DNA of 64,000 nt from Batkoa obscura (taxonomy: Eukaryota). The stretch spans positions 62,001 to 126,000 of the forward strand of contig JASVEC010000002.1 in assembly GCA_030770535.1 (NCBI GenBank), read 5' to 3'. The notes under the pieces were generated by a model. The model did not search any database, was not told the DNA's origin, and saw nothing but the letters and a program-made list of their open reading frames with translations. Of this stretch, positions 38,099 through 50,186 are shown one piece after another. A program made the position numbers and the translations under genes. The number at the start of each line of letters is the position of its first letter. Within the stretch, counting starts at the first letter, position 1.

Positions 38099-38390
38099 TT
38101 TCCCGCCTTTTTCTTATTTTATTATATAGATAAATATTATTTAATAAATTGCAATGAACGCGACAATGAATATACGATTTCCTACTTTATCCAATTTACC
38201 ATTTTCCGCTTTGCTATTTCAATATCATAGTTATATTTTCCACCTTCATATTTAAATAATCACACTTCATTTTCCACCTTAATTAATTTTAATCATTTTA
38301 GTACAAAAAAATTCTAGTTTATTATTATAAATTTTCATTTCCCGCTTTACATTCAACCTCGAATTTTCCACCTTTTCAAAAGTATAAATA
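38099..38390 (+). promoter_or_regulatory. Cluster of six TTTYCCRCYTT motifs plus a TATA box upstream of the hydroxylase gene
   Basis: Motifs at about 38099, 38202, 38236, 38270, 38338 and 38364, all on one strand; GTATAAATA at 38382. Confidence 0.5.
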
Positions 38391-38421
38391 TGGACCAGTT
38401 GACCATTTTTAAAAAAAATAA

Positions 38422-39340
38422 ATGTCTTCTCCAGTTAATTTTATAAAAGATCGAGCTTCCTTTATTGCTCTTTTTTTAAGCTATCATTTAATAACAAGCA
38501 CTACTTTAAGTCAGCAACTATGGACTAAATTGATAACTAACTTTAGTGAATTTAATATCACATTATTTGGTACTGCTATAGTATCAATTATATTTTATAT
38601 GAGTTTCAGTTCAGTATTAGCTTACATCGATTTTATGATGATGCCAAGTTCGACAGCACTTGAGCTTAAGGTACAACCAAAATATCAACCTACTTGGTTC
38701 GACTATTCAAAAGCCATACCAGTAGTTTTATTTAACTTAGTTGTACTTGGGGTACCTTATGGTTATTTTATGTTTTATATTTTTCATCCCACTTCTGCAT
38801 TTAATAATAAATCAGGTCAATTATATTTTACTGAATTACCAAATACTGGCAAAGTGATGTTCGATGTTATGATCTGTGTTTTAATTGAAGAAATTTTATT
38901 TTATTATTCCCATCGTTTGTTTCATTTACCTTTCTTTTATTCCAAATTCCATAAAAAACATCATGAGTTTACTGCTCCTATCGGTATCTCTGGTATGCTT
39001 TATTTTATACTTTATAAACAATAATACTAACTTTCACATAGCTGTATATACCACTCCACTTGATTTTCTAGTTAGTAATATCACTCCATTACTAGTTGGC
39101 CCCATTGTGCTACAATCCCATCCAGTAACGGTATGGGTTTATTTTATAGTAGCTATTATTAACACCGTGATTACCCATGGCGGCTATACTATTCCTGGGT
39201 TCCCAAATCCTAAATTACATGACTTTCACCATGAAACTTTTAATAACATGTATGGTGTCATTGGCTTATTAGACTTTGTCCATGGTACTGATGATAAATT
39301 TCGTTCAAGGTATAATAAGATTGACACTAAGGCGGAGTAG
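38422..39340 (+). CDS. Fatty acid hydroxylase / sterol desaturase family protein (FAXDC2/ERG25-like; intron 38993-39041)
   Basis: His boxes HRLFH, HKKHHEF, THGGY and HDFHH, plus LDFVHGTD; GTATGC...CTAAC...TAG intron restores the frame. Confidence 0.9.
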
Positions 39341-39926
39341 TTAATTGTTGTTTTGTTTAAATAAATTAGTATCTTATCAAATTTTTATAAGTTTTAAATT
39401 GTTGTATTTTTTATTATTAAAATAACTTTTCAAACGTGACCGATTAATTCTTTAATTTTTTAGAATTAGAGATCAAGAATTTCTTAAAATAAACTACAGT
39501 ATTATTAACTTATCGCGGCTATAGGAAGAAAAATATTTAGACAATCTGATAAAAATATTTTTAACAATAATTACGTAAATATAAACAAAATATAGAGTAT
39601 TGCGACAAAAACTTCAGAACTTTAATTGTTTTAATTCTGTTAAAATTCTTTTATTTTTAGTTTTATTCATTATTAAAAATATTTACCAGGATGTTATTCA
39701 AGTGTTCTTATTATTATAACCATCATAGTTTAAAGACACTGTATTCAAAACTAATAAAAACATTTTTTGATATACTAATAAAGCATCTGAGAGTTTTAAC
39801 TCCTTCAAGATTTAAAAAAATAATATTGCAAAATTTATTTTCCAACTTTTCGCTTAAAGCAAAAGAATTTGCGCGCTATATTTTTTAAGTTTCATTTTGA
39901 GTTATTTATTTTTCACAGTATTTAAA

Positions 39927-41063
39927 ATGAAGATGGATAAAAATAAAAAATTTAACAAAAATAAAAGAGAAATAAAAGAGATAGAAGAGGATATTGATAG
40001 TGACAATATGGAAATAAATGAAGATATCGAGAGCGTAGATGATGAAGTCAATGATATTGGAGATTCTGATATTGAAGATGATTTTGAAGCAGATAATAAC
40101 GAGACAATGGAGGAAGAAGACATAGCATCTTCAGATGAATCAATTATGAACAGCCCAGAGAAAGAGAATATTAAGGCTCAAATAAATGGTACTTTTAATT
40201 TAACTAATTACAATTCATATATAATGTTATTTAGAAAAGTTAAAAGAAAAGTTGCTTGAAATAGAAGAAATAATATTTAATGAGAATTATTCAAATACCC
40301 TCAAAAACAAATTAAATTTAACAAAAAAAGGTAGACCTAAATTCTAATGAATTAATCAACTAATAGCATAACTTTAAGCCCAGGCTAATACTAAAGCAAA
40401 TGAAAGAATAGATAACTTGGAGAAAAAAACAATACATTTATTTAATAAAGTGTTGGAAACTTTATACAAAGTTTGTCCTGATTATAAAACCTCAGCCAAC
40501 TTGATTAACGAACAAGTAATTGAAGTAAGCCTTTATTTTTAACTTTTATTTGATGTGATCTAATAAGTTAAGGATGCGATTAAAAATGTAGGCAGCGATT
40601 ATAGCGGTGAAGCAATCATGAATAAAATGTGGCAACCTATAAGTTTAGCAAATACTAAGTTACAACGTTCCATGTTTTTATTAGAAGGTGATAAAACTTT
40701 TTTGGTAACTATTATTTAGGTTGTAAGTTAATGTATCATTTAATTACTACTTAATAGGAAGCGATAAACATTGAACAAGCTAAAGAAAAAGAAAGAGAAA
40801 AGTTAAAGACAATGTTCCATAGCTATTATATGGATCAGGTAACATCTAGTTTTGGAGATGATTTGGATAAACTCAGAGAGGTAGATTATTTTATATATTT
40901 ATTTTTATGCTAACATTTATTAAACAATTAACAGGAGGAAGATTTTACTAATTCTAAATTACAAATTTTAATTGATTCTTTACAACAAGGTATTTGTATA
41001 TTTTCAGATAGTGATAAAGAACTCATTTTATCTACTAATGGTAACCAAATGGAAAGTGATTAA
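39927..41063 (+). CDS. RSA3: Rsa3-domain ribosome assembly protein with acidic N-terminus; about 6 exons
   Basis: C-terminal FHSYYMDQVTSSFGDDLDKLRE|EEDFTNSKLQILIDSLQQGICIFSD resembles the Rsa3 domain; D/E-rich exon 1. Confidence 0.7.
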
Positions 41064-42309
41064 AGAAGTACGTCTTGTTAATTCTTTATAGAAAATAAAG
41101 TAATAGATTTTTATTTAAGTTTAAATTTATTATTTTATACACTTAATGCAATATAACATAATAATACTGTTATTGTATTGAAGTATTTTCTTTATAGATA
41201 CCCAATTTTAAAGGTAATGGTAAAATCTCCATGGTTTGTTTGATTTCTCTTTAAGGAGTTTATAAATACAATCTTTAAATAATAACACATTAAAATTTTA
41301 TTGTCCATATTAACTAGCTAAGACGTTTTCTAACTCCTTTAGCTTTGTTCTGCTTTCATCTTCTGCTCTTTCCCTTTATTAATAGATATACTATAATTTT
41401 ATAACATATAAAGGATAGTTAAAATTATAGGTAAGCTTTAGTGAAATATCATTTTATATTACATCCGATTGACTAAGATAAATAAATTTATAACTTTAGT
41501 TTATTTGCTTTAAGTCAATTATTGACTGCAAATACTCAAATGTATAGTTAAACAGGTATTTGATTTATCAGGGCTTTAGTGTTGTTTTATCACATCCTAT
41601 TACATTTTTTAAAACTTATTTGCAGTTTTTCTCTGTTCAATAATTTCTTACATAGGATAAAAAGCACAAATTAAAAAGTTTACTCAGATCAGATTTATAG
41701 TTGGTATTAGTAGTGTGGATGTTACTCATTTTACAGTATAATAAAATGAATATTACAAAAATAAATTGTTCTATGTATTTCTTTTTTAAAGTATAAATCT
41801 ATAAAAAAACTTTATAAACGGTAATTTTCCTAAACTGATTAACAAGCTTTTACAAAAAACCCTGTGATTTTTTTAAAAATGTTATAGGGTGTTCAACTTA
41901 GGTGTAACTGAGATCTTTTTTCACCTGATAAACACAAATTTTATAGACCCTTGATTTTCGAATAGACAGATTTGATTGCGATAAGTTGTATAAAATATAA
42001 GCTTTTAGAGACATCCTTTACCTAGAATTCTGACGACTACATGCCAATTTTAACAATTTTTGAGACCCCGATTTCCTGGACTTGATTAATGCTTAAATCC
42101 CGGCCTTTAGAACTACAGGCAGTGATTATATCAAATATGCCCACATGATCCCAAAATCGATAAGTATTAGTTAACCATAGACTTAATTTTTGATTTTACA
42201 GATTTTATTTTTAGTTTGATTTATGACTTAGTCAAATATCAAAATCATTTTTATCAAATAATCTAAAAATGGGACTAAAGTTTAAAGCTGTGAAAGTAAT
42301 ACAATATAT

Positions 42310-42403
42310 AGGGGTATTTTTTTTGGCTTCATTTTTTCCATTTTTAAATGCTGTTTAAGCGAATAAATTGTTAATGAAATTGGTAATACAAAAATACATT
42401 CCT
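42310..42403 (-). mobile_element. MITE family A copy
   Basis: Reverse match; flanks ATAT/AAAT. Confidence 0.8.
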
Positions 42404-42577
42404 AAATATTTTAAATAATGAAATATATGTAAAAAAATTAGACTAAATTTTAGTTGTATAGATGATGATTTTTTAAGTTGTTGTTTTAAAGACTTAAACA
42501 ATTATATATCAACTATTCATATAAAAAGTTAGGGTTTATTTTAATAGAGAATAAAATTACAGATATTCAAGATAAGT

Positions 42578-42671
42578 GGGGATGTATTTTTGGGTTTAAA
42601 GTTTTACTAACAATTTTTCTGCTCAAATAGCGTCTAAGATAGAAAAAGTAATGAAGCCAAAAAACATCCCC
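42578..42671 (+). mobile_element. MITE family A copy
   Basis: Full length, GGGGATG...CATCCCC. Confidence 0.85.
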
Positions 42672-42965
42672 ATATGATAAATTTTTTTAATAATTACATG
42701 TAAAAAACTATAAGAAAAAAATAAGTCTATATATTATAATATAAGATAATAACTTGTAATTTAAAGGTTATTTTATTTGTTAATTTATAATTACTTATAG
42801 TGTTGAAAAAACTCAACTTTAATAATTAAAACAAATTTATAAATAAATAAGATAATATATAGTAAGTAAATAAATAATACAAAAAAACAATAATAAAATA
42901 AACATAATAAAAAAATAAAATAAAATGAAATAATTAAACCAAGTATAATAAAATTCAAAAGAAAG

Positions 42966-43567
42966 TGTGAAATATCGCTTTATCAGCCTCCATGATTGGG
43001 TATAGCATAATAATCACTTAAATTATTGTGCTCTCGAGTTCAGAGACAATTAATCCCATGCTCTTATTTTGATTTGATATAATAATTTCCAACTTCATCC
43101 CAATATGAAATCTGATACTCAGTGTTTGGAGTCAAAAATAGCTATTGCCTAATCGACTATGCTGTCAGTCGAAAGGTCTTAGTTTATGTGACTAAGATAG
43201 ACTTGGATTATGAACAATAGCATGCAATAGGCTACAGACCATATAAGACAAATAAAATAGACAGTAGTAATGTAAAACCTAAGTAAAATACTATTGAGTA
43301 AACTTAGTGGCTTTATTAAATGTACGAGATACCAAGGAATAATTCAGTTAAAAGGTATGGAGTTACTATGTTCTAAAATCTCTTTTATACTCCAATAAGT
43401 ATAGATATCAAAGCAAGAGGATAATATTCTTTGAGACGAAGATAGAAATTCTTATAGCAAATCAAAATAAGAACATGGGATTAATTGTCTCTAAACTCGA
43501 GAATACAACAGCTTAGGCGATTATTATGCTATAATTGACCATGGGGCTGACAGAGCGATATTTTACA
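42966..43567. mobile_element. Family B composite: reversed 3' fragment (42966-43103) fused to a full forward copy (43104-43567)
   Basis: TGTGAAATATCGCTTTATCAGC is the reversed right end; TATGAAATCTGATACTC...GCGATATTTTACA is the full copy. Confidence 0.85.
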
Positions 43568-44421
43568 TCCCCATATAAATGCGTTATGATTTATTGAATT
43601 GAATTTTTAAAACCAGTTTGTGCTTTCAAACCTTCCTACCTATTTAGACCAAAGGGAATTTAAAACTTAATTAAAAAATTTATTTAGCTTGTGATAATTT
43701 GTTATATAACGTATTCAAATAAGTTTGTTAATAATGCTCAAATACAGTTACAAAATAACTAGTTAGATTCTATTTTTATGAGCATTCAATTAAAGTAATT
43801 TGATTTACATACATAATAGCTTTTATTCATTTTCTAAATATAAAAGTAATTATAAAAAGACCCCATAGTATTTTAGAATACTATGGGGTCTTTAATTTAG
43901 CATTCAGTAAATTTTTATTTACTAATTTCTAATCATAAATCAATGTATTTATTGATCTATATATTTTCAATTAAGAGACAACTCTTAATTTTGTAACTTA
44001 ACTACTACATTCTTATGTATAAGTTGTTATTATTACTAGTATAATACTAGTATTTTTGGGATTCGAACCCCGAATTGTGGAATTGATGGCAGCATTGTCT
44101 TAGCATGCCAAACAACCCCAAAAAACAAGAATTCAGATTGAATATAAATTTCAAATTTTATTGATTTTATAAACAGTTAAAACTAAGAATACTACGCTTA
44201 TTTATTTACTTATAATATACTTAGCTATATTAACTTATATTAAATAAATAACATAATTTTAAAACTTTGAATAATGCATTAAAACAAAAACTCAGTCTAT
44301 GAAAGTCAAATACATAGAAAATACTAATTAAGTCATTATATTTATATATCAAAGAAAATAAATAAAGAATGTTTAATTATAATTATGATTGTGTTAATTT
44401 GATGTTTAATAATTATTAAAA

Positions 44422-45720
44422 TTATAAGCGTTTAATGGCTTTGGGGTAAGGAGTAAGTTTTTGCCCTTCTGTTTCGATTACCAACATCAAAATCATTTTT
44501 ACAACTTCCATTTTCCATATTATTTAAATCGAATCCTTCATCCTTGTATCTTAATAAAGTTTAATAGGTTATTCAAATTTACTACATATAATCTCACCTG
44601 TCTTATTTAATTCATTTTGTTTACTTATAACTCTTAAATATACAATTTTAAGCACTTGGTGTACAGTTGGGTCACAGAAGAAAGCAATAAAATTAAGTGT
44701 ACCTAATAATTTATCTGTAATAAAAACGAAACCTTTTATTACATAAGGATTGTAGTCTTCTAGATTATAAACTGATCCCTTAAAACATTTCCAAAGTTGG
44801 GAATAACTATGATTATAGTTATAATTGTGGTTATTCAATAAAATAAAGTTATACCTTAGTTGGTATTTTAAATATATATAAGTATCTACATTCTAAAGCC
44901 CATGAGTTTTAAACTTCTAATTGACTGTTTTGAAGCCTTCGCTCCATCAAACAGTCTAAAATATTTCAATATCTTTGATCAAATATTTACTTCCAATATC
45001 GTCAGTGTCACCAAAGCAATTAAGTATAATGTTACAATGATTATCACTAGATTTTTAGCATAAAAGTAAGTGACTTCAGATGATTTTTGTCATTCGCTTC
45101 AAGATAGCAAAGTTTAAATCCAGTAAATTCAAGTAATCTGGTTGCTAAATAAACAAGTTAGTATGAAGCATAGGTAATATAAAGTAATTTACATTCATTA
45201 ATGAGATAACAGTTAAAAAAATTAAATAAAACAGATTCAATTGAATAGGTTGCTTTAGTTTTTTTAGTTGCATTAATACCATGAATAAAAATCTTCTGTA
45301 AGTTGATCTCAGAAGCGGCGTTAAGGAACAAGAAAATAAAGAAATAGATAATACTTAGAGGCAACTAGAATATATACTGAAGATTCCCTGTGTTTGTATG
45401 GATGAATTCTTAATGAAAAACAATGAGATCAGATATTGTATCATGAAACGGCAGTTCTAATCTATAGTCGCTTTATCGATTAATTTACAATCATATGGGG
45501 GATATTTAGTTTCGTTTTTTCCATCTTTAAACACTATTTAAGCGGAAAATTTATTAGCAAAGTTCTTAAACGCAAAAATACATCTCTATATATTCCTATC
45601 AAACAAGGTTAGTTAGTTATGTTATAATACTTATAGCTTGTCACTTAATACAATCATAATCCCTTACTACTATGTAACTATAGATAATGATTACGCTGAG
45701 ATAATGCTAGATTAGGTGTT
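44422..45720 (-). pseudogene. Decayed paralog of the 7TM GPCR-like gene at 59288-60632
   Basis: LLGTLNFIAFFCDPTVHQ and NLQKIFIHGIN match the intact copy; frameshift and stop after YDCKLIDKA; MITE inserted in coding exon 2; 5' limit approximate. Confidence 0.8.
45497..45587 (-). mobile_element. MITE family A copy inserted in an exon of the GPCR pseudogene
   Basis: ATAT on both flanks, at the Ile-Tyr codons preceding DCKLID. Confidence 0.88.
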
Positions 45721-45924
45721 AATTTATAATAAATAATGCCTGAGCTAAATTTATAAAATATAAAACCTAATAAGTCATTTATAAGGTACGTTGATTCACT
45801 TTGATAAAGTTAATCTGACAAACATGGATTTTAGGTGAATAGTGTATAAAGTAGTGTTATTTTTGATAACAGGTAAATTAATATATATTATATATAAATA
45901 TCATATTGTTTTAAGTTAATATAT

Positions 45925-46014
45925 GAGGATGTATTTTTTAATTTTACTAGCAGTTTTTTCACTTAAATAACGCTTAAAAATGGAAAAAGTGATGAGGCCA
46001 AAAAAAACATCCCC
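45925..46014 (+). mobile_element. MITE family A copy
   Basis: Small internal deletion; ATAT flanks. Confidence 0.88.
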
Positions 46015-46347
46015 ATATATCTATAATTTTTACAAATAGTTAGTTAGAGAACCTATAGACAGCATTTTGGGATTGAAAAAACAAATGGTTTTAATTAAAG
46101 ATTTAAAAGAATATAACATCTGAGGTCATATAAAAAAAATTAATTTTAACATTGGTGGCTACTTCAAGACTGGGTTTTAAGGTTCAAAAGTGTTATGCAA
46201 GTGGAAAAATTGTAAAACTCTTAAATACATCCACATAAAAATGAAAGTGTTTTATAATTCTGTAGGAATAACAAACTAATAACCCCCATTGGAAAATTTG
46301 AATGTAATGATAAAACGAGTCATCTATTTCAGGAGTAGTAACAAAAT

Positions 46348-46446
46348 GGGGATGTATTTTTTTGTTTGAGAGTTTTGCTGATAAAATCTCCACTCAAATA
46401 ACGCTCAAAAAATGGAAAAAGTAATAAAACCAAAAAAAACATCTTC
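46348..46446 (+). mobile_element. MITE family A copy
   Basis: Full length; AAAT flanks. Confidence 0.85.
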
Positions 46447-47925
46447 AAATGTTTATTTTTTGAGCTTGTCAAATTACAAAAAAATCTCTACAAAAAAGCC
46501 CAGTTCAATCATACTGTTTGTTGTTATATTGTGAGCTTACTACCTTTAAATGTTCTTTAAATTTAATGATATTCAATAATTTTGTCACATTGCTATAGTT
46601 TGGAATATTCTTATTGATCATAAGCCTTCAAGGCATAAAACTTATTACACTTTAAATTGCAAGAAATCTATATAATTAAAAAATCGCATTTTTAATAAGA
46701 ACCAAATAGTAAATAATTTTTAATACAATCTTATATATACATTTTATAAAACGAAATAATTTTTATTTTTAATATTTAATATTTTAAAAAGAGAATTTAT
46801 ACGTTTTTTTATTAAAGTGGGGTATACTTTACCATTTACTGCAAATTTGAATAAGTCTAATTGAAGCTGAAATCATAATGAGTTATTTGTTTAAAATAAA
46901 TCATTAGTATAAAATAAACAGAAACAAGTCTATTTGAAAGTATTTGTTTGCCTTAGATGTCATTCAGTTAGCTACTTATTTTCTTAAAAATTAACTTTCT
47001 ATATTCTTCAATAATTTTTTATTAATATTTAATAATTTCTAATGTTATGCGGCATAAATTAAATAAAATGTTGGAATATAAAAATTACAGTTTAGGATAA
47101 TACCATAATTTAACTTAATGTCACTACTTTCTTTTTCCTTAATTTTATCTAATCTTATACCTTAAACTTATTCCGGAAATAAAACACATTGATGCTTTGT
47201 ATCGATTTAAAAAATAGAATTTCTTAATGAGAGGTTATGACCCTTTCTGCCACAAAGCTTTGTACTGCTATTTCCCTTATAAAATTGTTTTTTCTAACAA
47301 TAGCATTCAAATTTTTTATATAACCATAGCATCTCAAATTATAAAACTATTATTAAAAAATAAAATGGTGTAACTTGAAATATAAATATATAAACTATTG
47401 CACTAATTTGGTGAAAGATCATCATAATGAAAAACTACGAAGCAGCGGAACTTTTCTTTTTTAATAGTTATGAGTCTGTAACTCAAATTTAAGTTTTTCC
47501 TATCTTTTGAATCACACTATTATTTAAAACTTATTATTAACATTGACTTTAAAAATAATATTTTTAAATTTGTCTTTATTAAATATAGAAAAAGAAGCGA
47601 AGAATAATGTTAAAATTATCTATGATACAAAAACAATGTTTTAATGATAAAAGTGAACTAACAATTTCAACATAAGTTAAAACCATAAGTTTTAAATTAA
47701 GCTAAAAACATTTCTAGTAAACTCAAAAAAATAATCAAAGTTTATGGCTTTTTAAGTAAGTTGCTTAATATAGAGGTGATCGTCCAACTATCTCGCCATT
47801 TATAATCGTTTGGTATTACTATTTATAGTTGATAAACAAATACCTCATTACAGCATAATTTTATATTAAACTATATTATTCTTAAGTATGATTTCAAAAG
47901 TAAATATACTCAAATAGAACTAAGA

Positions 47926-49623
47926 TTATAGTTCTTCAAGCTGACGCATTTTTTTAAACCCTTCAATTAAGCCGAGCAAAGTTTCTTCAGCTGTGGGTAT
48001 AATTTGTTGACTAGGTAATAAAAACCCATAATCTTCTTCATGATTACCGCGTAATTCAATTGCATATGGATATTTGATATTAGCTTCATGAAATGCCCTA
48101 ATTAAAGTTTATCTACTAAATTGTTCTAGATAAAAAGTATAATTACCAATCGACTCCGCCACCTGCCGCCTTATAAATAGTATTACAGACCGAGCCTAAC
48201 TTATATTTTCGATGATGGACTTGTTGAATCCTATCAATTGAGGCTAACCCAACTTGATGTAAGTTATTCACTCTAGTATTGTTCTAATAAAAGTAATAAA
48301 AACTTTAATTCATTCTTATTCAAAGTAAATCAGCTTACTTTCACATCACATGTGTATCCATAAGGATACATAAATAATTGGCCGTAGGCATGAAAATCAA
48401 TATAACTTATTATATTCGTTTGATTTAGTAAAAACTGTTTTAAATGTTGAAGTTCAACGGCTTCGAAGGGTGAATTACCATTATACGATTCTTGACATGG
48501 TTCTTTGTTGTTTTTAGTATCCCAATGAAAAGACTATTAAAGTATTATTAAATGTGTCATTATTTTATTAGCTATTTTTTGCTTTACCCAATTTCTATTC
48601 AAATCCTGTTAAAATAAACAATTAGTTTCAATAATGATTAATAAATATTATTTGAACTACTTACAATACCAACACAGTTTCTGCTCTTCCTCTTATTCCT
48701 TCCATTAATAGTCTGCCTATTTTTTCTCCATAGTCTATCTTTTTTGAAACTATAATTGTACCCATCGATATTTAGGACAGGTAAGAATACAATATTGAAT
48801 TTTTGATTGATCAATTCAATTTGCTCTGTATATTCGGATTCTTTAGGTGAAAAAATGTTTTTCATTAAATATGTTACTACTGCCTATTATATTAAATATC
48901 AAACTGCTTTATCATTATAAACATTGTACTTACAACACTTATCCATTCTATCAACTATTAGTATATAGAAAAAAACTAATAAATTAAACTACCTCTAGCA
49001 TGAATTCCTCCTTGAATTAAAATAATAGGTTTCTTATTATCCATAGCCTGGTTATGAAAAACTTTAATAGGTAAATTCAAATATGAATGACCAATCGTTA
49101 GTGATTTATAATCTTGAAAATAAGTGTATATAGCGTCATAGTTTGAATACATATTAAAAAATGACTGCTCTTTTAATGATAGCGTACTATTTTTACTTTT
49201 GTTTCTATTTCTATTAGTCATAATAAACTTTCTTTTTAGTTGAGCTTGTTGATTTTGTTGATCTTCTATTGTTTTACCTAAATTTGAAATGATTACTTTA
49301 TGCTCTATATCTTTATTTTTTATGTATTCCATGAGTCTCCCTTGTTCTTCTTGTTTTATTATTACGTCCATTTGTTCGTTATATATTTCTTTCCATCGAT
49401 GTTGATTGTTATCAGCATTAGCGTCATTGGAATTTCTATTGTTATCATTGTTATTTTCAATAAAGTCGATTAAATGATCAAAGAATTGACGTGAGGTAGT
49501 AAATCCTTTTAGTTGACTATTATAATAAATTCGAAGTAAACTATAATTATTATAATTCATTGATATGACAATTGGTAACATTATTGCAATGTAAAATATT
49601 ATTCCTTGATTTATTAGTTTCAT
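47926..49623 (-). CDS. Secreted zinc carboxypeptidase, family M14A, with propeptide; about 7 exons
   Basis: GGIHAR|EW, NIDGYNYS..DRLWRKNR, DLNRNW, DFHAYGQLFMYPYGY, AAGGGVDW, IELRG, GFLLPSQQIIPTAEET. Confidence 0.92.
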
Positions 49624-50091
49624 TTAATTAATTTTTTTAAAATAAATAATACTAGTTCTATAAGTATCATTATTTATATGTTATTACACTTATATTTCCG
49701 ATACTTAAAGGTGATAACATAATTTTAACTGAATAATTTACTATTTTAATTTTACAAACTGAATTTATAGACGCCACCTTTATTTCTTGACGCTAACCAT
49801 TTGGCTTAGTTATCGCTTTAACAAAAGCCACATTATAGCTGTTACAACTCTTTTTTGACTTTTTTAACAGTAATTTTATCCAAATTACTTGTATAATTAG
49901 TTTTTTTTTAAACCTTGATCTCTCTATCTTTTAACATAATACAGTATAACTTTTTCTCTTAAATAAGCAATTACTTAAACTACAATAATTGTAACTATTC
50001 TGTGTTAAATCTTTCATTTGTTTTTTATTTATTTATAAAAAATAGGTTATTATTGATTCCACTAGAAATCATGTTTTACAAAACATTATTT

Positions 50092-50186
50092 GAGGATGTT
50101 TTATTGGCTTCATTACTTTTTCTATCTTTTGAATGCTATTTGAGTGGAAAAACTGTTAATAAAATTCTTAAACAAAAATACATCTT
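50092..50186 (-). mobile_element. MITE family A copy
   Basis: Reverse match; ATTT flanks. Confidence 0.85.
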
